A stretch of 13,367 bases of DNA from Candidatus Cryosericum sp. (GCA_049699855.1 JBNAWM010000039.1:1-13367), one strand, 5' to 3'. Numbered from the stretch's first letter, positions 1 through 7,536 are shown. Notes: generated from the letters alone by a model not told the origin. Numbers and translations: made by a program.

Positions 1-1
1 G

Positions 2-511
2 GCCATGCCGGACGACGACATCGTCCTCAGCACGATGCGCCAGGGATGGGCGATGTTGGAGGATAGTGGATATCAGCACTATGAGATCTCGAACTTCGCT
101 CTCCCTGGTTTTGCATCGCGTCACAATCTGGCCTACTGGCTGTCGACTGACTATGTCGGCCTTGGGCTGGGTGCGTCGGGATATGTTGGCGGCAGGAGAT
201 GGACGAATGTGGACAGCATGGACGCTTATGAGGCAGCCGTCCTGCGGAAGACGTTCCCATTCGCTTTTGAAGAGTCTCTCTCGGGAAGGCGGCGTGAGGG
301 CGAATACATCATGCTGCGCCTGCGGCTTCCACGCATGGGGCTCGAGTTTGCAGCATTTGCCAGAAGATTCAACGAGGATGCGCGCACCGTCTTCGGCTCC
401 GAACTCGCGCGGCTGGCGGAGGAGGAGCTGATTCTCGTATCGGATGAGCGGGCAGTCTGCACCCCGAAAGGTCTCGAGCTGAACAACCTCGTTGCCGAAG
501 CGTTCGTCTAA
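2..511 (+). CDS. hemW: Radical SAM heme chaperone HemW / HemN-like protein, C-terminal part (truncated by the window edge)
   Basis: Frame is open to the left edge. It contains the family motifs YxHYEISNFA, SRHNLAYW and DYVGLGLGASG, followed by a HemN_C-like tail (EYIMLRLRL...G.....F...F...TPKGLELNNLV). Stop TAA at 509-511. Confidence 0.9.
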   Translation, partial: AMPDDDIVLSTMRQGWAMLEDSGYQHYEISNFALPGFASRHNLAYWLSTDYVGLGLGASGYVGGRRWTNVDSMDAYEAAVLRKTFPFAFEESLSGRRREGEYIMLRLRLPRMGLEFAAFARRFNEDARTVFGSELARLAEEELILVSDERAVCTPKGLELNNLVAEAFV

Positions 512-555
512 GAATGGAGTCCACCGCCGGGATGGCCGCAGACACCCCTGCTGTC

Positions 556-1614
556 TCAGCGTGAGACGTTGAACCGGAAGTGAGCGATCTCCTTGTTCTT
601 GACGACGTAATTCTCTCCCTCGATCCTCAGCAGTCCCTTCTCCTTGGCAATTTTGAATGAGTTGTCGGCCTTGCGGAAGTCATCGAGCGAAATCACCTCG
701 GCAGCGATAAAGCCCCGGGCAATGTCGGTATGAATCTTGCCGGCGGCTCCGCGGGCCTGGGTGCCTGCCTCGATGACCCAGGCTTTGCACTCGTCTTCGC
801 CGGCAGTATAGAAGGTCTCGAGCTTGAGAAGTTCGTAGGCTCTGTTGATGAAGCTGTCGATCGCCGACCCTGAAAGGCCGAATTCATGGAGGAACTCGGT
901 CTGTTCTGCAGGATCAAGCTCCGATATTTCGCGTTCGAGCTTCGCATCAAGTACCATCACCGTGGCATCCGCGTGTCCTGCCGCTTCCTGCAGATTTGAT
1001 TCGAGCTGAAGGGCTGCAGCTTCGTCGGTCATGGTAATGTTCGCGACGTACATGACAGGCTTGAGCGTTATGAAAGCGTATGAACTCAAGGCCCTCTTGT
1101 CCTCTTCGGGCAGGCCAAGGCTGCGCAGGGCCTTTCCTGATGAGAGACAGGTTTGTGCACTGACGAGAAGATCACGTTCATGCTCGAGCAGAGGAGACAT
1201 CTTCTCCCGTTTCATGCGCTCAAGGCGATGCTCCACGATTTCCAGGTCTACGAGAGCCAGGTCCAAATCGAAGCTTTCCCGTCGGGAGTTCAGTTCCGCG
1301 GGGGACGGCGTCTCGGTAAACGCATCGAAGACTTCGACAAGAGCATCTACATTCTTGATGTCCTTGAGAAGTTCATTTCTCCGCGCGGCGTGCTCCTGAC
1401 CTGATGGCATGCCCGGTACGTCGGCGAACTCGACGCTGGCGGGAGTCTTCTTCTTGGGATTGAAGACGCTCGCAAGGAAGTCGAGATCGGGATCAGCCAC
1501 ACTGACAGCTGCGACATTTGTTCTGGATTGAGATGCCGGGGCGGCTCCCCTGGTCAGTGATTCAAACAGGGTGGTCTTGCCCGTCTGAGGCGATCCAATA
1601 ATTCCAATCTTCAT
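556..1614 (-). CDS. ychF: YchF/OLA1-family (Obg-like) P-loop ATPase with C-terminal TGS/DUF933 domain; divergent G-domain
   Basis: N-terminal MKIGIIGSPQTGKTTLF, FNPKKKTPASVEFADVPG and ITLKPVMYVAN. The C-terminus is typical (TFYTAGEDECKAW...AAGKIHTDIARGFIAAEV...EGENYVV...FRFNV). AAGGAG RBS upstream of the ATG on the minus strand. Confidence 0.9.
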   Translation of the reverse strand: MKIGIIGSPQTGKTTLFESLTRGAAPASQSRTNVAAVSVADPDLDFLASVFNPKKKTPASVEFADVPGMPSGQEHAARRNELLKDIKNVDALVEVFDAFTETPSPAELNSRRESFDLDLALVDLEIVEHRLERMKREKMSPLLEHERDLLVSAQTCLSSGKALRSLGLPEEDKRALSSYAFITLKPVMYVANITMTDEAAALQLESNLQEAAGHADATVMVLDAKLEREISELDPAEQTEFLHEFGLSGSAIDSFINRAYELLKLETFYTAGEDECKAWVIEAGTQARGAAGKIHTDIARGFIAAEVISLDDFRKADNSFKIAKEKGLLRIEGENYVVKNKEIAHFRFNVSR

Positions 1615-1661
1615 TGGCAGCTCCTTCCCGTTGGCTCGTTCATGCTTATCTGGGTTCAGTC

Positions 1662-1690
1662 AGTATACTTACGTGACAAGGCTGTTTCAA
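1662..1690 (-). promoter_or_regulatory. Sigma70/SigA-type promoter for ychF
   Basis: Minus strand reads TTGAAA (1690-1685), a 17-bp spacer, then TATACT (1667-1662), ending about 47 nt upstream of the ychF start. Confidence 0.75.
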
Positions 1691-1709
1691 GGATGGCAAT
1701 GGCCATCCT
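1690..1709. repeat. Perfect 8-bp inverted repeat (hairpin or operator)
   Basis: AGGATGGC-AATG-GCCATCCT, abutting the ychF -35 box. Confidence 0.6.
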
Positions 1710-1821
1710 CTGTACGGTTGCGTCGATGTGGCAGTTGGGTGGCGCCGGGCGCTGTGCCAGCTGTCTCGGTGACGCTTGAGGTGGACTCTGCAATCTGTCG
1801 CCTCTGGAGACGAAGCATCAG

Positions 1822-2565
1822 ATGAAGATTAAGACAGTACGCGGTGCACTGCACGCGGTGCAGCGCAAGATAACGGCGAGTGCAGGTGAGAGCATAACCT
1901 ACTCGGCCGAGTTGAATGAAACCTATGGAGTCCTGGCGACCGACAAGGCGTGGTACATCACGCGCCTCCTGCGCACCGATGACTATGTCGATTTTGGGAG
2001 CCTGTTCCCTGATCTTGCGAAGCAAATCGGCTGGACGCGGGGAGTCAGGCTTACGAAGCAGGGTCTGACGGAAGCGATCAACTCTACGCGGAAGCTTCCG
2101 GTGCACAGTGTGATATCCAGCATCCTGGTTTTCGTGGGTGAAGACGGGCGGTTCCTTCAGATTGGGCCTGCTACGCTCATGGGGTTCTGTGAATACATGG
2201 GATTGAGCACCGGCCGGGCGAAGGACTCGTATGTGTTTCCCACGATCATCCTGAGTCCTGTGTTTGGGAGCAAGCGAACAGCAGACGAACGTCTTGCTCT
2301 CCGCCGCGCTTCGCTGATCTCACAAGTCAACAGCGAGGAAGCCGATGAAGAAACGCGCAAGGAATACTTTGTGGATGCGGTTGCCCAGCTTGGTCAGCTC
2401 GATCCCCAGGGGGCAGCCGATGCGAGTGGTCTCGCCGGAGCCCCTGCTGTCTCCTTTGATCAGTTTGACTTTGCCAGCGATGGAGCGATGCTGGCGGTGC
2501 TGACCGAGATTGGCAGGAATCTGACGCGCATCCGCGAGCTTCTGGAGAAGATCTCATCAAAGTGA
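1822..2565 (+). CDS. Hypothetical protein, 247 aa
   Basis: Long ORF filling the gap between ychF and the G5/3D gene. GGAG at 1806-1809; its TGA overlaps the next gene's GTG start (GTGA, 2562-2565). No family confidently recognised. Confidence 0.8.
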   Translation: MKIKTVRGALHAVQRKITASAGESITYSAELNETYGVLATDKAWYITRLLRTDDYVDFGSLFPDLAKQIGWTRGVRLTKQGLTEAINSTRKLPVHSVISSILVFVGEDGRFLQIGPATLMGFCEYMGLSTGRAKDSYVFPTIILSPVFGSKRTADERLALRRASLISQVNSEEADEETRKEYFVDAVAQLGQLDPQGAADASGLAGAPAVSFDQFDFASDGAMLAVLTEIGRNLTRIRELLEKISSK

Positions 2566-3395
2566 AGGGAGAACGTTCAGGACCGCTGGCGCTGGGGCTC
2601 GCCCTTGTCATGCTGTGTGCGGGCGTCATGTCGGCGCGTGCCGCGTCCACGTCGGTGGCGCCGGTTGTGGAGACTCCAGCGGTAGAGCAGCAGAGTGCGG
2701 CGGAGATAGCGGCCAAAGCAGGCATTGCTTCCCATCATCTGGTTTCCGCGAAGATCATCGAGACCAGGGAGTCTGTCAAGCTTGTCACGGGGGCTGAACG
2801 TCAAAGCTCTGTGCCCGGCGGCGCCCTTGCCTACGCGGGGCAGCCAGTCTTTGTCAGGGTCAGTGAACAGACACTGTCCACGGTTGAGCGCATTCCCTAT
2901 GAATTGCAGTACCGTCCCGAGGAGTCGTCGGCGGGCGGCCGCGTGGTTGTCCTGAAGACGGGGACCGGTGGCGAGCGAGAACGGGTGTTTCACCTGACGT
3001 ACGAGAATGGTTCGCTGAAATCGGTTGCCCTTGTGTCGGAGTCCCAGATCGAGCCCACGGGTGGGAACGTGGCTCAGGCGGGCACTTCGGTCTATCGCGG
3101 CGGAGCGATCAAGGAGCTGTATGTGGAAGCGACGGCGTACACCCCAACGGTTCAGGAGACGGACAGCGACCCATGGACCACAGCGTCCGGGATGAAGTCT
3201 GGACTTGGCATCGTGGCTGTTGACCCTGGGATCATCCCTCTTGGCAGCAAGCTGTACGTCGAAGGATATGGGTATGCCATAGCGGGCGACACGGGTGGTG
3301 CCATCAAGGGCGATCGGATCGACGTCTTCTTTTACTCGCACGATGAGATGATTTCATGGGGAAGACGCTGGGTCAGGGTCTTCGTCTTGCCATAA
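2562..3395 (+). CDS. Secreted G5 + 3D domain cell-wall protein (YabE/SpsB-like putative lytic transglycosylase)
   Basis: N-terminal hydrophobic signal (LALGLALVMLCAGVMSARA). G5-like segment (ERIPY...VVLKTGTGGERERVFHLTYENG...AGT). C-terminal 3D domain with ATAY, TASG, VAVDPGIIPLGSKLYVEGYG, AGDTGGAIKGDRIDVF and WGRR. Sits directly upstream of rsmA, as yabE/rpfB commonly do. Confidence 0.9.
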   Translation: MKGERSGPLALGLALVMLCAGVMSARAASTSVAPVVETPAVEQQSAAEIAAKAGIASHHLVSAKIIETRESVKLVTGAERQSSVPGGALAYAGQPVFVRVSEQTLSTVERIPYELQYRPEESSAGGRVVVLKTGTGGERERVFHLTYENGSLKSVALVSESQIEPTGGNVAQAGTSVYRGGAIKELYVEATAYTPTVQETDSDPWTTASGMKSGLGIVAVDPGIIPLGSKLYVEGYGYAIAGDTGGAIKGDRIDVFFYSHDEMISWGRRWVRVFVLP

Positions 3396-3396
3396 G

Positions 3397-4257
3397 ATGA
3401 ACGGAAATTCAGTCAAGGTGCTTTCGCCGAGCCAGCTCAGAGACCTGCTGGGCCGGAGGGGAATCGTTTTGTCGAAGCGGTTCGGTCAGAACTTCCTCAT
3501 TGATGCAAACGTGCTTTCAGCCATAGCCGGGCTGGTTCCGTCTGGCGAGAACATGGTGTTCATTGAGATAGGTGCTGGAGCTCTCGCGTTGACCGGGCCC
3601 CTGGCTGAGCGTGGCAAGCGGGTGGTCGCTTTTGAAATCGATGAACGGCTCCGGCCAGTCCACGAAGACCTCCTGCAGGGAGATCCTCTCGCCGCGCGCA
3701 TCGACCTGCGGTACGAAGACGCCCTGGATGCTGACTGGTGCGCGTTGGGAGGCGAAGGCGAGACCTTGGTCCTGGTGGGCAATCTGCCCTATCTGCGATC
3801 CTCTGAGATTGTTCTCAAGCTTATCCGTAGCGCCTGCATCCAGAGCGCTGTCCTGCTTTTTCAGCGCGAATTTGCAACGCGCCTGGTCGCACCTCCTGGA
3901 AATGGCGATTACAGCTCCCTGTCAGTGGTGGCGCAGACGTTTTTCTCTGTGCATCGTCTGCTCGAACTGCCACCCGACGTCTTCTTTCCGCGCCCGGAAG
4001 TCAGTTCGACTTTGCTGGAGTTTGCAATTCGGCCAAGGAGTCTGGAAGATGCCGAGATGGCTCCCTTCATGCGGTTTGTTCAACAAGCATTTCTGCACCG
4101 GCGCAAGAAGCTCGCCGATTTGTTCCGGCGTCTGGGTATCCCGCTTGAGGGCCAGTTTTCTGCCATATCACAGCTGCGGCCCGAAGTACTGACTTCGTCG
4201 GATTTTATTGATCTGTACCGGGCCATAGCGCGCGTGGAGAGAAGCCACAATCCCTGA
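3397..4257 (+). CDS. rsmA: 16S rRNA (A1518/A1519) dimethyltransferase KsgA
   Basis: KRFGQNFLID, EIGAG...LT, FEIDERL, VGNLPY, FQREFAxRL, FFPRPEVSS, AFLHRRKKL, LRPEVL. Confidence 0.95.
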   Translation: MNGNSVKVLSPSQLRDLLGRRGIVLSKRFGQNFLIDANVLSAIAGLVPSGENMVFIEIGAGALALTGPLAERGKRVVAFEIDERLRPVHEDLLQGDPLAARIDLRYEDALDADWCALGGEGETLVLVGNLPYLRSSEIVLKLIRSACIQSAVLLFQREFATRLVAPPGNGDYSSLSVVAQTFFSVHRLLELPPDVFFPRPEVSSTLLEFAIRPRSLEDAEMAPFMRFVQQAFLHRRKKLADLFRRLGIPLEGQFSAISQLRPEVLTSSDFIDLYRAIARVERSHNP

Positions 4258-4274
4258 GACGGAACGCAGAGAGA

Positions 4275-4302
4275 TTGCCTTTTTGACCCGTTAGGGTAGA
4301 AT
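4275..4302 (+). promoter_or_regulatory. Putative sigma70-type promoter for gcvH and downstream genes
   Basis: TTGCCT (4275-4280), a 16-bp spacer, then TAGAAT (4297-4302), in an AT-richer intergenic gap. A strong AGGAGGT RBS follows at 4331-4337. Confidence 0.6.
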
Positions 4303-4343
4303 GAACTGCTTGTGCAAATCATTTTCTCATAGGAGGTAGTGGT

Positions 4344-4724
4344 ATGAAGGTCAAGGAAGATGCCAGATATGCGAAGTCGGACGAGTGGGCCTGTGCCGAG
4401 GGCAACATCGCGACAGTCGGCGTTTCTGATTACGCTCAGGACAAGCTCGGAGATGTGGTATTTGTTGGGGAGATCTCTGTAGGAACAGCAGTGAAGGCCG
4501 GAGAGATCCTGACCTCTGTGGAATCTGTCAAGGCAGCATCGGATATTTATAGCCCGGTCTCGGGCAAGGTTGTGGAAGTGAACCATGAGGTGACCGCGAA
4601 GCCCGAGCTTCTCAACACCGACCCATTTGGAGCAGGCTGGCTGGCAAAGATCGAGCTTTCGAATCCTGAGGAATTGAATGCTTTGATGAGTGCGGCCGAC
4701 TATGCAGCCTATCGAAAGGAATAA
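4344..4724 (+). CDS. gcvH: Glycine cleavage system H protein
   Basis: EW...ATVGVSDYAQDKLGDVVFV, the lipoyl-lysine motif VESVKAASDIYSPVSG, and PELLNTDPFGAGWL; 126 aa; strong RBS. Confidence 0.97.
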   Translation: MKVKEDARYAKSDEWACAEGNIATVGVSDYAQDKLGDVVFVGEISVGTAVKAGEILTSVESVKAASDIYSPVSGKVVEVNHEVTAKPELLNTDPFGAGWLAKIELSNPEELNALMSAADYAAYRKE

Positions 4725-6075
4725 CTTTTCGTTCATTCCTGCAACGGCTTCAGACCGCCAGGCCATGCTTGAGAAGATCGGCCTGGACTTTGATGACATT
4801 GTCACGTGTTTCTCGGGCAATGCGTGTGTGGAAGGCGGTCTTCGACTTTCCGACGGGCTGACCGAAGATCAGGTGGTGGAGAAGTGGGACGCCCTCATGT
4901 CCCGGAATTCGGGTGCCAGAAAGGCGTCGCTGGTTGGAGCCGGTGCCTATATGCACTTCATTCCCGCCGTCGTTCCTCACCTGGCCTCGCTGCCCGGTTT
5001 TGTGACCGCGTATACGCCATATCAACCGGAGATCAGTCAGGGTACGCTGCAGGGGTTGTTCGAGTATCAGTCGTTTGTTGTTGAGCTGACCGACATGGAG
5101 CTGGCAAACTGCTCCTTGTATGATGGTGCGTCATCGACGGCCGAGGCGCTCTTGATGGCTCACCGTCTGAAGCAGGTCGACCGGGTTCTTGTTGCCTCGA
5201 CGGTGAATCCTTCGTATCTTGCAACGATCCGGACGTACCTGCGCCCGCACGGCATCGTTGTGGAACTTGTGGACAGGGATGTGAACGGTCAGGTTTCGCT
5301 GAGCGATCTGGAGGCCAGGCTCACAGCTTCGGCGTGCAGTGCGGTTCTGGTTCAGAGTCCCAACTATTTTGGGATCGTCGAAAATCTTGGTGCAATTGGA
5401 ACGATGGTTCATGAGCACGGCGCCCTGTTTGTTCAGTCGTTTACAGAAGCGATGGCATTGGGCCTTCTAAGGTACGGCAAGGGGACCGGCGCAGATATTG
5501 TCGCTGGTGAAGGTCAATCACTTGGCATGCCTATGTCCTTCGGCGGCCCGCACCTTGGTGTTTTCGCGACACTCAAGGAGTACAGCCGGCAGTTTCCAGG
5601 ACGCATTGTCGGGGAATCGATCGATACTAAGGGGCGTACAGCTTTCGTGATGACGCTCAGGGCCCGTGAGCAGGACATCCGGCGGGAGAAGGCGACATCG
5701 AATATCTGCTCCAACCATGCTCTGAACGCGATGACGGCTGCCATCTACCTTGGCAGTGTCGGCGAGTCAGGTCTGAGGGCGATCGCATGTGAGAACGCTG
5801 GCAAGCTGGACAAGCTGGTGCGGGGGTTGGAAGCGACGGGGCGCTTTGCCCGTGTTTTCAAGGAAGCTCCGGTGTTCAACGAGACAGTCCTTGCAAGCTC
5901 GATTTCTCCCGATGACCTTCGCTCTCGTCTGTCCGGCGTGCCGGTTTATCCGCCGCTGGCACTGGCCCGTGACAGCGTTCCGGAAGTCCCTGGCATGCCA
6001 TATGCATATTTGGTGTGCGCGACCGAGCTCCTCAAGGATGCTCTCCTTGAGCAGGTGCTCGGAGCGTTGAGCTGA
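4702..6075 (+). CDS. gcvPA: Glycine dehydrogenase (decarboxylating) subunit 1 (start codon uncertain)
   Basis: GAGAYMHFIP, FVTAYTPYQPEISQGTLQGLFEYQS, SLYDGASSTAEA, QSPNYFG, GEGQSLGMPMSFGGPHLG, REQDIRREKATSNICSN. In-frame starts are GTG 4690 and ATG 4702, both inside gcvH. Confidence 0.95.
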   Translation: MQPIERNNFSFIPATASDRQAMLEKIGLDFDDIVTCFSGNACVEGGLRLSDGLTEDQVVEKWDALMSRNSGARKASLVGAGAYMHFIPAVVPHLASLPGFVTAYTPYQPEISQGTLQGLFEYQSFVVELTDMELANCSLYDGASSTAEALLMAHRLKQVDRVLVASTVNPSYLATIRTYLRPHGIVVELVDRDVNGQVSLSDLEARLTASACSAVLVQSPNYFGIVENLGAIGTMVHEHGALFVQSFTEAMALGLLRYGKGTGADIVAGEGQSLGMPMSFGGPHLGVFATLKEYSRQFPGRIVGESIDTKGRTAFVMTLRAREQDIRREKATSNICSNHALNAMTAAIYLGSVGESGLRAIACENAGKLDKLVRGLEATGRFARVFKEAPVFNETVLASSISPDDLRSRLSGVPVYPPLALARDSVPEVPGMPYAYLVCATELLKDALLEQVLGALS

Positions 6076-6084
6076 GGTGTCAAC

Positions 6085-7536
6085 ATGACGCTATACGAGA
6101 AGAGTGTTGCAGGTCGTTCAGCTTTTTCGTTTGCATTTGAGGAAGACCCCTCAGCTGCCTTGGCGGGCGTTCCTGGGTACGCTCTGGCAGCAGTGAAATC
6201 GCTGCCGCAAGTCAGCGAGCTTGAACTTGTGCGGCATTTCACCGGCTTGGCATCCCGCAACTATGGCGTGGATACTGGTTTCTATCCGCTGGGATCATGC
6301 ACGATGAAGTACAATCCCAAGATCAACGAGCGCATGGCCTCTGACCCACGCTTGACCGGTCGGCATCCGCTGGATTGTGCGGAAGACAACCAGGGGATCC
6401 TGCAGATGGAGTATGAGCTGAAGGAATCCCTGCAGGAGATTACCGGGATGGATGATTTCACGCTTCAACCGGCGTGTGGCGCTCATGGCGAACTGACCGG
6501 CATGCTGATCATTCGCGCGTACATGCAGGATCATGACCCCAAGCGCACCAAGGTGCTGATTCCCGATTCGGCACATGGAACCAATCCCGCCTCTGCCACG
6601 ATGGCCGGCTTCCAGACAGTGACGGTTCCATCTAACGAACGTGGCGGCGTCGATATGGATGCGCTGGACAAGCTCATGGATGACACGGTGGCCGGGATCA
6701 TGCTGACCAACCCGAACACGGTGGGTCTGTTCGAAGAGAACGCTGCCCGGATCGCTGAGCTGGTACATGCTCGTGGCGGTCTACTTTACTATGATGGAGC
6801 CAACCTCAACGCGCTCATGGGACTTGTGCGTCCAGGCGACCTTGGCTTCGATGTGGTGCACCTCAACCTTCACAAGACATTCTCGACGCCGCATGGCGGA
6901 GGGGGTCCCGGGGCAGCTCCTGTCGGAGTGAAGAAGTTCCTGGCGGAGTACCTGCCCACTCCTGTCATCGTGAAACGGGGTACTGAGTACGCCCTTGACG
7001 GGGACCGTCCGCACACGATCGGACGCATGTCCGCATTCTATGGCAACACGGCTGTTCTTGCGCGCGCGTATGTGTATATTCAGATGATGGGTAGAAATGG
7101 TCTGCTTGCGGCAAGCCGTGCAGCGATCATCAATGCCAACTACGTCAAGGCCCTGCTGAGTCCCTACTATCCACCTGCGTACGACAGGCCTGTCATGCAT
7201 GAGACAGTCCTGAGTGCCAAGGGGTACGACAAGTATGGGGTGACACTGCTTGACATAGCCAAGCGGCTCATGGACTATGGCTTCCATCCGCCGACGATTT
7301 ACTTTCCGCACTTCCCTCCTCATGCTGAAGAGGTCATGATGGTGGAGCCGACTGAAAGCGAGAGCAAGGAGACCATGGATGCCTTCTGCGATGCTCTTAT
7401 CAAGATCAGCCAGGAGGCGAAGGAGAACCCCGAACTGCTGCTGTCCGCGCCGCACGACACCGTCGTGACACGTGTGAACGAAACGTATGCAGCTCGCAAT
7501 CTGGTCACGAGTCACCGTGACAAGAAAGGAACTTGA
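6085..7536 (+). CDS. gcvPB: Glycine dehydrogenase (decarboxylating) subunit 2
   Basis: [49 protein letters not shown], the PLP-lysine motif [18 protein letters not shown], and EPTESE. GAGGTG RBS at 6074-6079. Confidence 0.97.
   Translation: MTLYEKSVAGRSAFSFAFEEDPSAALAGVPGYALAAVKSLPQVSELELVRHFTGLASRNYGVDTGFYPLGSCTMKYNPKINERMASDPRLTGRHPLDCAEDNQGILQMEYELKESLQEITGMDDFTLQPACGAHGELTGMLIIRAYMQDHDPKRTKVLIPDSAHGTNPASATMAGFQTVTVPSNERGGVDMDALDKLMDDTVAGIMLTNPNTVGLFEENAARIAELVHARGGLLYYDGANLNALMGLVRPGDLGFDVVHLNLHKTFSTPHGGGGPGAAPVGVKKFLAEYLPTPVIVKRGTEYALDGDRPHTIGRMSAFYGNTAVLARAYVYIQMMGRNGLLAASRAAIINANYVKALLSPYYPPAYDRPVMHETVLSAKGYDKYGVTLLDIAKRLMDYGFHPPTIYFPHFPPHAEEVMMVEPTESESKETMDAFCDALIKISQEAKENPELLLSAPHDTVVTRVNETYAARNLVTSHRDKKGT

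Noticed and set aside
1690..1821. tRNA, SRP, 6S or c-di-AMP riboswitch identity for the structured intergenic region
   Set aside because: No TTCGA T-loop or cloverleaf, no SRP core motif, no end-to-end 6S-like rod, and no ydaO consensus blocks visible.
1631..1825. 64-aa ORF whose TGA overlaps the ATG at 1822 (possible leader peptide)
   Set aside because: Its TTG start lies upstream of the likely plus-strand promoter, internal GTG starts have no convincing SD, and the composition is not protein-like. The ATGA overlap can arise by chance.
2577..3341. 254-aa antisense ORF (similarly 1687-2106, 4080-4820, 6781-7578, 9519-10151)
   Set aside because: These lie opposite well-supported genes and have no recognisable motifs; typical shadow ORFs of GC-rich coding DNA.
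4258..4343. Glycine riboswitch upstream of gcvH
   Set aside because: The gap is only 86 bp, is mostly taken up by promoter and RBS, and lacks the GGAGA...CCGAAG...CTCTCAGG core.
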